Shown: positions 49,381-60,289 of the stretch, in pieces
Numbering within the stretch: the stretch's first letter is position 1
Layout: every line of letters begins with the position of its first letter
Origin: Macrostomum lignano
Taxonomy: Eukaryota
Length of the DNA: 64,000 nt
Reading direction: 5' to 3'
Assembly: GCA_002269645.1 (NCBI GenBank)
Contig: NIVC01000658.1
Coordinates: 248,001 to 312,000 of the forward strand
Notes under the pieces: model-generated
Seen by the model: the letters and a program-made list of their open reading frames with translations, nothing else
Told to the model about the DNA's origin: nothing
Databases searched by the model: none
Program-made: the position numbers and the translations under genes

Positions 49381-49820
49381 AAACGAGAGACAGGAAAAGA
49401 ATAAACAGAGCAAGCAGTGGCTAAACCGCAATAGCACTCACTCATCAACAAGCTTATAATTGAATAATTATATTTAAGAACTAGCATAGCCATCGCTTGC
49501 TCAGTGTTAAAATTGACCAAGCAGCCGAAGGTATAAAAGCTTAGCAATTCAGGCAATCCACCCAGGCAGTGGACAACCCATCAGGCAATCCACTGCACGA
49601 AAAGAAGGCATATTGTGTTAATAAGTAATAAAAATGATGCAGAACAGAGCCTGACTGGGAACAGTGCAAGCTACAAGCACAAAAAATATGACGAGTTGAA
49701 AGAGAAACACAAACACACGAAGACCAAAAAAATTCAAGCGTTAATTCAATAATTAAATTCAACGAAGCGATCGCGAATTTGAGAAAATGAAAAATATTGC
49801 CTCGCTAGGGAATTCGGCAA

Positions 49821-50068
49821 TCAGCTCAGGTGGAAGGCCATCTGGCCCTCTGCCATGGCCTGCAGCAGCTTCTGCCGCATCACCTCAACGGATGAGTAGT
49901 CTGGCAGCTTCAGGTAGTTGACGCAGGTGGAAGCTGAGGGCAGGTAGTCATCAGCGCTAGCGCTTGTGCTAGTGGACTCCGACTGCTGCTGCTGCTGGGA
50001 GTCGGAGCCCAGCACCACGCCGATCTTCTTGGCAACAATGGTTAGCGGCGGGTTCAGGGCGCGCCAGC
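49821..50068 (-). CDS. TRIP12: TRIP12/UFD4-type HECT E3 ligase, exon 6 (HECT C-lobe with catalytic Cys)
   Basis: [12 protein letters not shown]...[43 protein letters not shown]; acceptor CCTTCAG| at 50069, phase 1. Confidence 0.95.
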
Positions 50069-50129
50069 CTGAAGGTTCAGGGAGAGTGAGCAGATAGGGT
50101 GAGCATAGGGAAGGTCTTGGAGCGAGACG

Positions 50130-52225
50130 GTGGCCCAGAAACTGAGGATCTGGGAGGCTGGCCCAGCAACTGAGGATCTGGGAGGCTGGCCCAGAAACTG
50201 AGGATCTGGGAGGCTGGCCCAGCAACTGAGGATATTGGAGGCGGTGACCCAGCAGCTGAGGATCTGGGAGGCGGTGACCCAGCAACTAAGGATCTGGAAG
50301 GCTGGCCCAGCAACTGAGGATCTGGGAGGCTGGCCCAGCAACTGATGATCTGGGAGGCTGGCCCAGCAACTGAGGATCTGGGAGGCTGGCCCAGTAACTG
50401 GATCCGGGAGGCGGTGACTCAGCAACTGAGGATCTGGGAGGCGGTGACCCAGCAACTGGGGGATCTCGGAGGCTGGCCCAGAAACTGAGGATCTGGGAGG
50501 CTGGCCCAGCAACTGAGGATCTGGAAGGCGGTGACCAGCAACTGAGGATATGGGAGGCGGTGACCCAGCAACTGAGGATATTGGAGGCGGTGACCCAGCA
50601 GCTGAGGATCTGGGAGGCGGTGACCCAGCAACTAAGGATCTGGAAGGCTGGCCCAGCAACTGAGGATCTGGGAGGCTGGCCCAGCAACTGATGATCTGGG
50701 AGGCTGGCCCAGCAACTGAGGATCTGGGAGGCTGGCCCAGTAACTGGATCCGGGAGGCGGTGACTCAGCAACTGAGGATCTGGGAGGCGGTGACCCAGCA
50801 ACTGGGGGATCTCGGAGGCTGGCCCAGAAACTGAGGATCTGGGAGGCTGGCCCAGCAACTGAGGATCTGGAAGGCGGTGACCAGCAACTGAGGATATGGG
50901 AGGCGGTGACCCAGCAACTGAGGATCTGGGAGGCGGTGACCCAGCAACTGAGGATCTGGAAGGCTGGCCCAGCAACTGAGGATCTGGAAGACTGGCCCAG
51001 CAACTGAGGATCTGGAAGACTGGCCCAGCAACTGAGGATCTGGAAGGCGGTGACCCAGCAACTGAGGATCTGGAAGACTGGCCCAGCAACTGAGGATCTG
51101 GAAGGCTGGCCCAGCAACTGAGGATCTGGAAGACTGGCTTAGCAACTGAGGATCTGGGTCGCGGTGACCCAGCAACTGAGGATATGGGAGGCGGTGACCC
51201 AGCAACTGGGGATCTGGGAGGCGGTGACCCAGCAACTGAAGATCTAGGAGGCTGGCCCAGCAACTGAGGATATGGGAGGCGGTGACCCAGCAACTGAGGA
51301 TCTGGAAGGCGGTGACCCAGCAACTGAGGATCTGGAAGGCGGTGACCCAGCAACTGAGGATCTGGAAGGCGGTGACCCAGCAACTGAGGATCTGGAAGGC
51401 GGTGACCCAGCAACTGAGGATCTGGAAGGCGGTGACCCAGCAACTGAGGATCTGGAAGGCGGTGACCCAGCAACTGAGGATCTGGAAGGCGGTGACCCAG
51501 CAACTGAGGATCTGGAAGACTGGCCCAGCAACTGAGGATCTGGAAGACTGGCCCAGCAACTGAGGATCTGGAAGACTGGCCCAGCAACTGAGGATCTGGA
51601 AGACTGGCCCAGCAACTGAGGATCTGGAAGACTGGCCCAGCAACTGAGGATCTGGAAGGCGGTGACCCAGCAACTGAGGATCTGGAAGGCGGTGACCAGC
51701 AACTGAGGATCTGGAAGGCGGTGACCCAGCAACTGAGGATCTGGAAGGCGGTGACCCAGCAACTGAGGATCTGGAAGGCGGTGACCCAGCAACTGAGGAT
51801 CTGGAAGACTGGCCCAGCAACTGAGGATCTGGAAGACTGGCCCAGCAACTGAGGATCTGGAAGACTGGCCCAGCAACTGAGGATCTGGAAGACTGGCCCA
51901 GCAACTGAGGATCTGGAAGACTGGCCCAGCAACTGAGGATCTGGAAGACTGGCCCAGCAACTGAGGATCTGGAAGGCGGTGACCCAGCAACTGAGGATCT
52001 GGAAGGCGGTGACCCAGCAACTGAGGATCTGGAAGGCGGTGACCCAGCAACTGAGGATCTGGAAGGCGGTGACCCAGCAACTGAGGATCTGGAAGGCGGT
52101 GACCCAGCAACTGAGGATCTGGAAGGCGGTGACCCAGCAACTGAGGATCTGGAAGGCGGTGACCCAGCAACTGAGGATCTGGAAGGCGGTGACCCAGCAA
52201 CTGAGGATCTGGAAGGCGGTGACCT
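50130..52225. repeat. ~28-30 bp minisatellite (CCCAGCAACTGAGGATCTGGAAGGCGGTGA / ...GACTGG) filling TRIP12 intron 5
   Basis: Direct reading; includes a 346-bp higher-order duplication. Confidence 0.97.
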
Positions 52226-52256
52226 AGGCCAAAAGCAATTCTGCAGGCAGTCGCAC

Positions 52257-52839
52257 CTCCAACGGGTAGCCGCGGCGAGCCGGTGACGAACTGCAGGAAG
52301 CCGCGCCGCTCGGCGGGCCCGAACTCGGACATGACCTGGAACAGCATGCGCACCGCCCGGCTCTCCAGCGTGTAGCCGTGGTCGGGCCGGCAGGCCTCGG
52401 CCAGAGCGCCGACCTCCCAGGCGGAGTCGTCTCGGTCAACAGCGGCGCCGCAAAAGACCAGTTCGAGCTCGTCCGGCCGGAACATGGCCAGGCCGCGCCG
52501 GACGCCGGGGAAAGCGGACTCAAAGCCGGACAGGTAGGCGCGCATCTGGCGCCGGACGCCGTCGCTGAGAGTCCACCTGGCGGCCAGGGTCAGGTAGTCG
52601 TCAAGCCGGTCGATGGTGACGGGGATGCCGGAGCCACCGGGCAGCAGCTCGACGGCGGGGTAGCCGGGCAGGGTGAAGTCCAGGCCGAGCTCCTCCACTG
52701 GGCAGCCCAGCTCGGCCGTCAGGGCGTTCAGCGCCAGGTCGCGAGTGGCCGGCGTGTGCGACTGGTCGCCGAGGATTTGGCGCCGCCTGTCCGCCACCTG
52801 CACTAGCTGGTGCCAGGTGCGCGCGAGCACCGGGTCCAC
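52257..52839 (-). CDS. TRIP12: TRIP12 exon 5 (HECT N-lobe/hinge)
   Basis: VDPVLARTW...LGLDFTLPGYPAVEL...FRPDELELVFCG...RPDHGYT...FLQFVTGSPRLPVGG; acceptor TTTTGCCAG| at 52840; donor G|GTGCGA at 52256. Confidence 0.95.
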
Positions 52840-52919
52840 CTGGCAAAACAGGTGTATTGAAGGTCAAATGGGTTAACTACATGTAAGTTATTAAAAGCTC
52901 AATAAAGGTCAAAAAACAT

Positions 52920-53670
52920 GAAAAGTCATTTGAGGTCATGATATCAAGCGTCATGAAGTCATTTGAGGTCATGATACCAAGCGTCATGAAGAGTCATTTG
53001 AGGTCATGATATAAAGCGTCATAAAGTCATTTGAGGTCATGATACCAAGCGTCATGAAGAGTCATTTGAGGTCATGATATAAAGCGTCATAAAGTCATTT
53101 GAGGTCATGATATAAAGCGTCATGAAAAGTCATTTGAGGTCATGATACCAAGCGTCATGAAGAGTCATTTGAGGTCATGATATAAAGCGTCATAAAGTCA
53201 TTTGAGGTCATAATATAAAGCATCATAAAGTCATTTGAGGTCATGATATAAAGCGTCATGAAAAGTCATTTGAGGTCATGATATCAAGCGTCATGAAGTC
53301 ATTTGAGGTCATGATATCAAGCGTCATAAAGTCATTTGAGGTCATGATATCAAGCGTCATAAAGTCATTTGAGGTCATGATATCAAGCGTCATAAAGTCA
53401 TTTGAGGTCATGATATCAAGCGTCATAAAGTCATTTGAGGTCATAATATAAAGCATCATAAAGTCATTTGAGGTCATGATATAAAGCGTCATGAAAAGTC
53501 ATTTGAGGTCATGATATCAAGCGTCATAAAGTCATTTGAGGTCATGATATCAAGCGTCATGAGGAGTCATTTGAGGTCATGATATAAAGCGTCATTAAAA
53601 GTCATTTGAGGTCATGATATAAAGCGTCATAAAGAGTCTTTTGATGTCATGATATAAAGCGTCATGAAAA
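52920..53670. repeat. ~31-33 bp minisatellite GTCATTTGAGGTCATGATATCAAGCGTCATAAA filling TRIP12 intron 4
   Basis: Direct reading. Confidence 0.96.
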
Positions 53671-53760
53671 GCCATTAGAATTCATTGTAAGTCATATATG
53701 AGCGTGAGAAGTTAAGTGAGGTCACGAGAGGCAATCGAATGAAAGCAGCAAGAGGCTCAC

Positions 53761-54621
53761 CAAAGCCAGCATCCTGTACCCGCCAGCGGCCAGCTCGGCC
53801 TCCCTACCGAGCAGCCAATAGTAGAAAGCGGGCGACAGCGGCAGGTCCAGCTTGCGCGAGTCGGCCAAAGCTTTGCCCATGAATCTGCCCAGACTGTGGA
53901 ATCTGCGAATCAGCCGACGATTGACCGCAGCAGAAGACTGCGGAGTCGGCCGGGGGTACAGCAGCTCCCGTTGTTCGTCCTGACGCTGACGCCACATGCC
54001 CAGATCTGGCCGGGCGAATTCCCGGCTAACCAGTGAGTAGAATTCCAGGGTGGGGCCCAGGCCGGTGCCGACCTCGCCTTCGTAGCTCACCTCCAGCAGC
54101 GGCTGGACTCCGCCTCCGGCGACGCGACCTCCACCGGCTGCGGGCCGGCGACGGCTTCGGAGGAGTCGCTCGGCCGAGGCCAGCAGATCGCGTCTATTAA
54201 CTGTGCGCCGGCGCTTCTCCAGCCGGGGCGTCAGCCATCGGCTCTGCTGCTGCTGATGCTGCTGGTGATGCTGCTGTCGCTGCTGATGATGGTGCTGGTG
54301 CCGACTGGTTGAAGACGAGGACGACGAAGCCACGGCGCTGACTGCGGCGGCTGCGGCGGCGGCGGCAGCGGCGTTGGCGGCGGCAGACGAAGCCTGGTCG
54401 GAGTTGGCGGCGGCGGCCGAGGCGGCGGCAGCGGCGGCGGCGGCTCCGTTGACTTCGTGCAGGCGAGCGAGCGCCCGGTCTCGATCAAAGTTGAGCACGT
54501 AGAGCAGCAGGTGGCGGGCCTCGAACGAGAGCAGGTGCGGACAGGAGGCGGCCAGGCGGCCAATCCAGGCGGGGGTGTGGCCGGTCAGCAGGGACAGCGG
54601 ATCGCGCACCTGGCGGATCAC
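53761..54621 (-). CDS. TRIP12: TRIP12 exon 4 (pre-HECT region and HECT start)
   Basis: VIRQVRDPLSLLTGHTPAW...FDRDRAL...LEVSYEGEVGTGLGPTLEFYSLVSREF...GRFMGKALADSRKLDLPLS; acceptor at 54622, donor TTG|GTGAGC at 53760. Confidence 0.95.
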
Positions 54622-54659
54622 CTGCGGATTGGGATGAAATCGAAGATTGATTTGTCGGC

Positions 54660-55020
54660 ATGTCAAAATCGAAAGTCGGAATGTCAAAAAGCAATGTCTG
54701 CATGTCAAAATCAGAGTCGGTATGTCAAAATCAAAGTCGGCATGTCAAAATCAGAGTCGGCATGTCAAAATCAATGTCGGCATGTCAAAATCAATGTCGG
54801 CATGTCAAAATCAAAGTCGACATGTCAAAATCAATGTCGGTATGTCAAAATCAAAGTTGGCATGTCAAAATCAAAGTCGGCATGTCAAAATCAATGTCGG
54901 CATGTCAAAATCAAAGTCGGCATGTCAAAATCAATGTCGGTATGTCAAAATCAAAGTCGGCATGTCAAAATCAAAGTCGGCATGTCAAAATCAAAGTCGG
55001 TATGTCAAAATCAAAGTCGG
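54660..55020. repeat. 20-bp minisatellite CATGTCAAAATCAAAGTCGG filling TRIP12 intron 3
   Basis: Direct reading. Confidence 0.96.
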
Positions 55021-55050
55021 ATCCCCATTAAAAATCATTAAACAGCAAAC

Positions 55051-57588
55051 CTTAGCCGTCAGCTTGGCGCTGACGAACTCGTCCGGATGAAGCAGCGGCC
55101 CCCCGGACTCTAAGGTATCGACCGACACGGCCAGCTGTGAATCGGCCTGGCTGGCATCGAACAGATCCCCATAGTGACTGTTGGCCGCGTGCAGCACAGA
55201 CAGCAGGCCCAGCACGGAGCGGCAGGGCTCGGGCACCGGGTCCAGGTGACCCAGCAGCTCCTGACAGCGCTGCCACCAGCCAGGCGACTGCGCCTGCTGA
55301 TGCTGCTGCTGCGAAGACATTACCGATGATGAAGACGACAGGGCTCGCTGGCTTCCGCGACGCTGCCGACTGGAACTAACGATGACGGCGGCCGTGGAGC
55401 TCGAGGTCGCCGCTGTTGCGGCCGCTGCCGGAGTTGCGGCCGCGGCAGTCTGCCTATAGCGGTAGTAGATAGCGTGAGTCCGGCTCCACAGAGCGCTCAC
55501 ACCGTCCTGCTCAACGTCCAAATCGGCTGCAGAGACGCCAACAAAGTCGTTGCTATCGGAGCTGCCGGCGCCGACGCCGAGCGAGTACACGCGCACCGCC
55601 TGCAGCATCGACATGCCCGATGGCAGCACCGAGTCCCCGATGAGCAGCTCCAGCCGGGGTCGGGACCGTCGCCGCCTGCCGAGATCGCCGTCAGCCTCTT
55701 CGTCGTCCTGCTCGCCGCCGCCGCCAACGTCATCGTCGTATTCGTCATCGACGTCATCGTCGTCGAAACTGTCCAGGCCGCCGTAGTTGCCGCTGCCGCG
55801 TCGGCTGCCGCCGCAGCTGCTGCCGATCGCGGCAGCGCCGGAGGACGAGCCGGCCGAGCCCATTCGATGGCTGGACGGCGGCGCCACGCCGCGACTGCGA
55901 TTGGTGCCGCTAGCGGAAGCTGCGGCCCCGGCGGCGGAAGTGTCGGCGCTTCCATCCTCATCAGGCAGCTCTTCGTCGTCATCGTCTTCGCCAGCCTCTT
56001 CGCAGTCGTCTTCGTCGTCGAATTCATCGTCGAAATCGTTTTCCTCATCAAGTTCCTCGTCCTCGTCGCCGCGGTCGTCAGCATCCAATTCGACATCGTC
56101 GTCAGCGCCGACATCTTCATCATCATCATCGTCGTCTTCTTCTTCTTCTTCTTCGTCGTCGTCGTCTTGAAAGTCGGCCAGCCGCTCAGACAGATAGCGC
56201 TCGACGGTGCGCACAAGCGCCAGCGGGTCTACGCGCACAGGGCCGGCGGACGAGACGGCGGAGGCTCCGCCAGCTGAGCCGGAGTTCTGCTGATGCCGGA
56301 CCAGGCGGCACCGCAGCTGCCTGCCAGCCAGCAAGCCTAGCGAGGCCGTGTCCCGCACTGGGAACAGGTCCGCAGACTGGTGCAGACAGGCTAGCAGGCG
56401 GCAGATGAGGGCGCGGAATGCGGCAGGTGTGCGGCGTTGATGAGCGCCGAATGCGACTAGAAGGTCGCGCAGCGGGCGAAGATGCTGGCGCTGATGTTCG
56501 GGCTGGGCCAACAGGCAGCGGAGCAGGCGGGGCAACAGGCCGCAGTTGAGCAGCTCGAACGGGCTCAGGTCGGCGCAGCTCAAGTCTGAGGAGATCACTG
56601 ACGTGGCTGCGACGGTTGAAGCTCCTGAACGGTGTCGGCGGCGTTGCAGACGCTGCGGCTGCTGGCTGCTGGGCTGCGGGTGGCCGGCGCCCGCGATGAG
56701 GCTGGCCAGCTCAGACATGCCGTCGGGCAGGCGGCGGGCCAGCTGCGCCAGTCGAGCAGCGGCGGCGGCGGCAGCGGCGGCGTCGTTCTCCGAGCTGGCG
56801 CAACCGGATGGCGAAGAGGCAACAACGGCAGAGTCGCCGCCGCCCGTCTCCAGCAGGCGATACCGACGGAGCAGGCGGGCCGCCTCGTCGCGAACGGCGA
56901 TGCGCAGCTGCTCGGAGGCTCCAGTTGACGACGGCGCAACGGGCAGCGGAGGAAGCAACGACTGCGGCTGAGGCGGCGGTGGCGGCGGCTGGCATCGGCG
57001 GCGCCTTCGCTGCTGAGGCTCCTGCAGCTCGGCTGGCGGAGGCGCCGGCGTCGGCTGCTGTACAGCCTGAGTGAGCTGGAACAGCGGATGCTCCCCGTTG
57101 GCGATTTTCTCCAGGCCGTGGGCGACGCCGTGACGACGCAGGCAGACTCGCAGGCCGGGTAGCAGCGACGACAGCTGCAACAGCCGGTCGACCAGCTGGA
57201 CGGCCCCGGCTGCTAGCCGGATATCTCGTCCAGCCAGCAGGGCGGCCAGCGTGCAGGCGGGCCCGGGCAGCAAGCCGGACAGAGTCGGACGCAGCAGTCC
57301 GGGATGGCTGGCGGCAACCAGGCGGATGAGGGCCTGCAGGCAGGCCAGCCGCAGCTGCTGGCTGGGCGAGTCGGCCAGGGCATCCAGCAGCGGGTTGAGC
57401 AGCGAGTTCACCAGCCTGGCCGCCAAGTCGCCGCCGTTGGCTAGCAGTTCGGCGCGGGCGTCGATCGCGGCGGCGGCAGCGGCTGATGATGCGCCAGATG
57501 AGCTCGACTGACGGGCCAGCGGCTGCTGCTGCTGATCAGCTACTAGGCGGCGTTGGATTGGTCGCGTACTGCCGGTGTCTTCGTTTAC
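55051..57588 (-). CDS. TRIP12: TRIP12 exon 3 (end of WWE, ARM/middle region, long acidic tract)
   Basis: VNEDTGSTRPIQRR...LSPFELLNCGLLPRLL...PLALVRTVERYL...RLELLIGDSVLPSGMSMLQAVR...EFVSAKLTAK; acceptor CCACGCAG| at 57589; donor AAG|GTTTGC at 55050. Confidence 0.93.
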
Positions 57589-57664
57589 CTGCGTGGCGAT
57601 TGCGCAACAGGCGGTTTCTTTTGGGGTATTGAAAATACTAATTGAATATACCCGTAGGCAAGTA

Positions 57665-57920
57665 ATTGATGGGAAATCCCCAATAAGGGATTACAGGTGA
57701 TTGATTAGAAATCCCCAATAAGGAATACAGGTGACTGATGGGAAATCCCCAATAAGGAATACAGGTGACTGATGGGAAATCCCCAATAAGGAATACAGGT
57801 GACTGATGGGAAATCACCAATAAGGAATACAGGTGACTGATGGGAAATCCCCAATAAGGAATACAGGTGACTGATGGGAAATCCCCAATAAGGAATACAG
57901 GTGACTGATGGAAAGTCCCC
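57665..57920. repeat. 34-bp minisatellite GATGGGAAATCCCCAATAAGGAATACAGGTGACT in TRIP12 intron 2
   Basis: Direct reading. Confidence 0.95.
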
Positions 57921-57977
57921 AAAAAGGATTTACTGCTGATAGAAGATCACCCCTACACTAAACAAGCCGCCACTAAC

Positions 57978-58907
57978 CTGTTCGCCCCGTACCAAATCGA
58001 TGAGATACGGCCGGCCGGCGGCGGTGATGGCCACCTCGGAATGGCCGCTGCCGCCGGCTCTGTAGGCCAGCTCGATGGCCCGATTAGCGTCTGGCGCGTA
58101 AGCCACCCAGGCTCCGCTGTCGTCACGCCACTGCCACTGCACAGTCGTGCCCGAAGCAACCGTTGAAGTCGACAGCGACACCGCCGAGGATGAAGAATGA
58201 GCAGGCGGCGGCGGCGGCGGCGGCGGCGGCGACTGCGGCGGCTGCTGCTGCGGCTGCCACCAGAGATCCAGCGGGCAGCTCGGAGCCGGCGGCAGTAGCT
58301 CGCAGACTAGGCGAACAACTTCAAGACCGTTGGCAGCGGCAGCGGCGGCTGCGGCTGAGCCGCCGACACCGCCGGTAGCGAAGCCGACGCTGCTAGCCAT
58401 GAGGTGGTGCAGGCTCTCCGCCAGGCCGCCGTCTCTCAGCAGTCTGACGGCCACCTCCGGGCAGCCGGAGCAGGCGGCGCGGAGGGCGCCGGCGGCAGCG
58501 ACGAAAGCGCCGCTATTGGCGCCGCCGCAGGTGAGCAGAAGCAGCTGCTGCAGGCTGGCCAGCAGGTCGGAGCGGCAGGCCAGGCGAGCCAGAAGGCGCC
58601 GGTCGGACTGGCAGCTGTCTAGGAGGCGGCCAAGGCAGGCGGCGGCCAGCTCGGCGACGCGCTGGTCGGGCACTCGCAGGCGGTCGGTGAGCAGTGGGAC
58701 GCAGTCGCTGACCAGGTGGTAGTCAGTGGGCCTGGCGTGCTGAAGGCAGTTGGCCGCCACAGACAGGGCGCGGGCCTGCATGTCGGCGGTGAAGAAGTCA
58801 ACATGGCGGAGGCAGGCGGACACTCCGCCGGCTAGGAGTACAGCGCGGCCGTGGCGACGGGACAGCAACTCCACGGCTGACAGGGCCGTCTCGGCCACGT
58901 CGATGAC
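57978..58907 (-). CDS. TRIP12: TRIP12 exon 2 (ARM repeats and WWE domain)
   Basis: VIDVAETALSAVELLSRRH...HVDFF...QARALSVAANC...WQWRDDSGAWVAY...IELAY...GRPYLIDL; acceptor CTGAGCAG| at 58908; donor CAG|GTTAGT at 57977. Confidence 0.94.
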
Positions 58908-58949
58908 CTGCTCAGGTGTGGTGGGGTGAACCTGAGCATCTGGGAAGGC

Positions 58950-59135
58950 GACTTAGCAACTGAGGATCTGGGAGATAGCGGCCAAGATATGGGATCTGGG
59001 AGAGAGCGGCCAAGATATGGGATCTAGGAGAGCGGCCAAGATATGGGATCTGGGAGAGCGGCCAAGATATGGGATCTGGGAGAGCGCGGCCAAGATATGC
59101 GATCTGGGAGAGCGCGGCCAAGATATGGGATCTGG
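58950..59135. repeat. ~26-28 bp minisatellite GCGGCCAAGATATGGGATCTGGGAGA in TRIP12 intron 1
   Basis: Direct reading. Confidence 0.92.
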
Positions 59136-59170
59136 GAGTTACTGGTCAGCACAATACGCAATCCCAATAC

Positions 59171-60022
59171 CTCAAGCGGCTGGGCCTTCTCCAGCAGGTC
59201 GGGCAGGGCCTCCAGCACGGAGGCGGAGGACCTCGGCAAGCGGTCCAATAGGCAGTGCAGGCACTGGCAGGCCAGGTAGCTGACCCGCAAAGCCGGGTGC
59301 CGCAGCCGCCTGGTGAGCAGCGGCACGGCGGTCTTGACAGGGAAGCCGGCCAGCGTATCCTCGTTGCCCATGAGCAGCATCTGGTGCAAGTCCTGCAGGG
59401 CCGCCACGTCCCCGGCGCTGTCCGCCCCTCCGCCGCCGTCGTCGTCCGGGCTGAAGCCGGCGAAGCCGCCGCTGTAGGCAGCGGCACCGCTGCTGGAACT
59501 GCTGGCGCCAGCGCCGCGACTGGAGCCGGAGCGCGGGCCGCCAGAGTCGGACTCCTGCAGCTCCATCAGCAGCTGGTGAGCCCGGTGAGACGAGCCAGAC
59601 GACAACCGGCTGGCCATGAGTTGGTGCACGTGGGCGCCTAGAAATGACGCGTTGGCCTCTAACAATTGTTCGAGGCGGTGAAGATCCTCCGGCCCGGTGG
59701 CAGCGGCTGCGGCGGCGGCCGCGGCGGCAGCGGCAGCGTCAGAGAAGCCGCAGCGCTGGAGCAGCAGAGCCGACGCGGAGCTGGCAGCGGCAGCGGCGGC
59801 AGCCGCAGACGAAGACGACGATGCGGAAGCCGGCGCCGTTGCTATAGAAACAGCCGGCTGGGAAGACGTCGCAGCTGATGACTGCTGATGCTGCTGCTGT
59901 ACAGCTGGCGGCGGCGGCGGCGGCGGCGGCAGCAGCGGCAACTGCAGTTGATGCTCGGCGCCAGCTCTGCCTGATTGAGCCGCGGCAGCTGGCGGGTTCG
60001 AAGCCGAATTCGAGTCGGACAT
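59171..60022 (-). CDS. TRIP12: TRIP12 exon 1 (low-complexity N-terminus and first ARM repeats)
   Basis: MSDSNSAS...LEQLLEA...HQMLLMGNEDTLAGFPVK...CLHCLLDRLPRSSASV...LEKAQPLE; acceptor TATTGCAG| at 60060 upstream of the ATG; donor GAG|GTATTG at 59170. Six exons sum to 6012 nt in frame. Confidence 0.9.
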
Positions 60023-60289
60023 TGCGGCAGTCGAGGGTCGGCTGTGCTGCTGCTGTTGCCTGCAATATTGAATAGATATTGAATTTAAGTCACAGAAGTC
60101 ACAAGGGACCTGCGGACTGGCCATGGAATTCCCGTGGCACGACCTCCCGGCTGCTTGAATTACTCGTATAGAGAGTGAAAGGCGGTAATTCAAAATTCTT
60201 ATATCCCAATAATCTCGTGGCAACTGTTGCCTAATAAAAAAGTTTATTAAGCTTCTCTAACTAATTTCCCTATATGACTACTATAAGTA

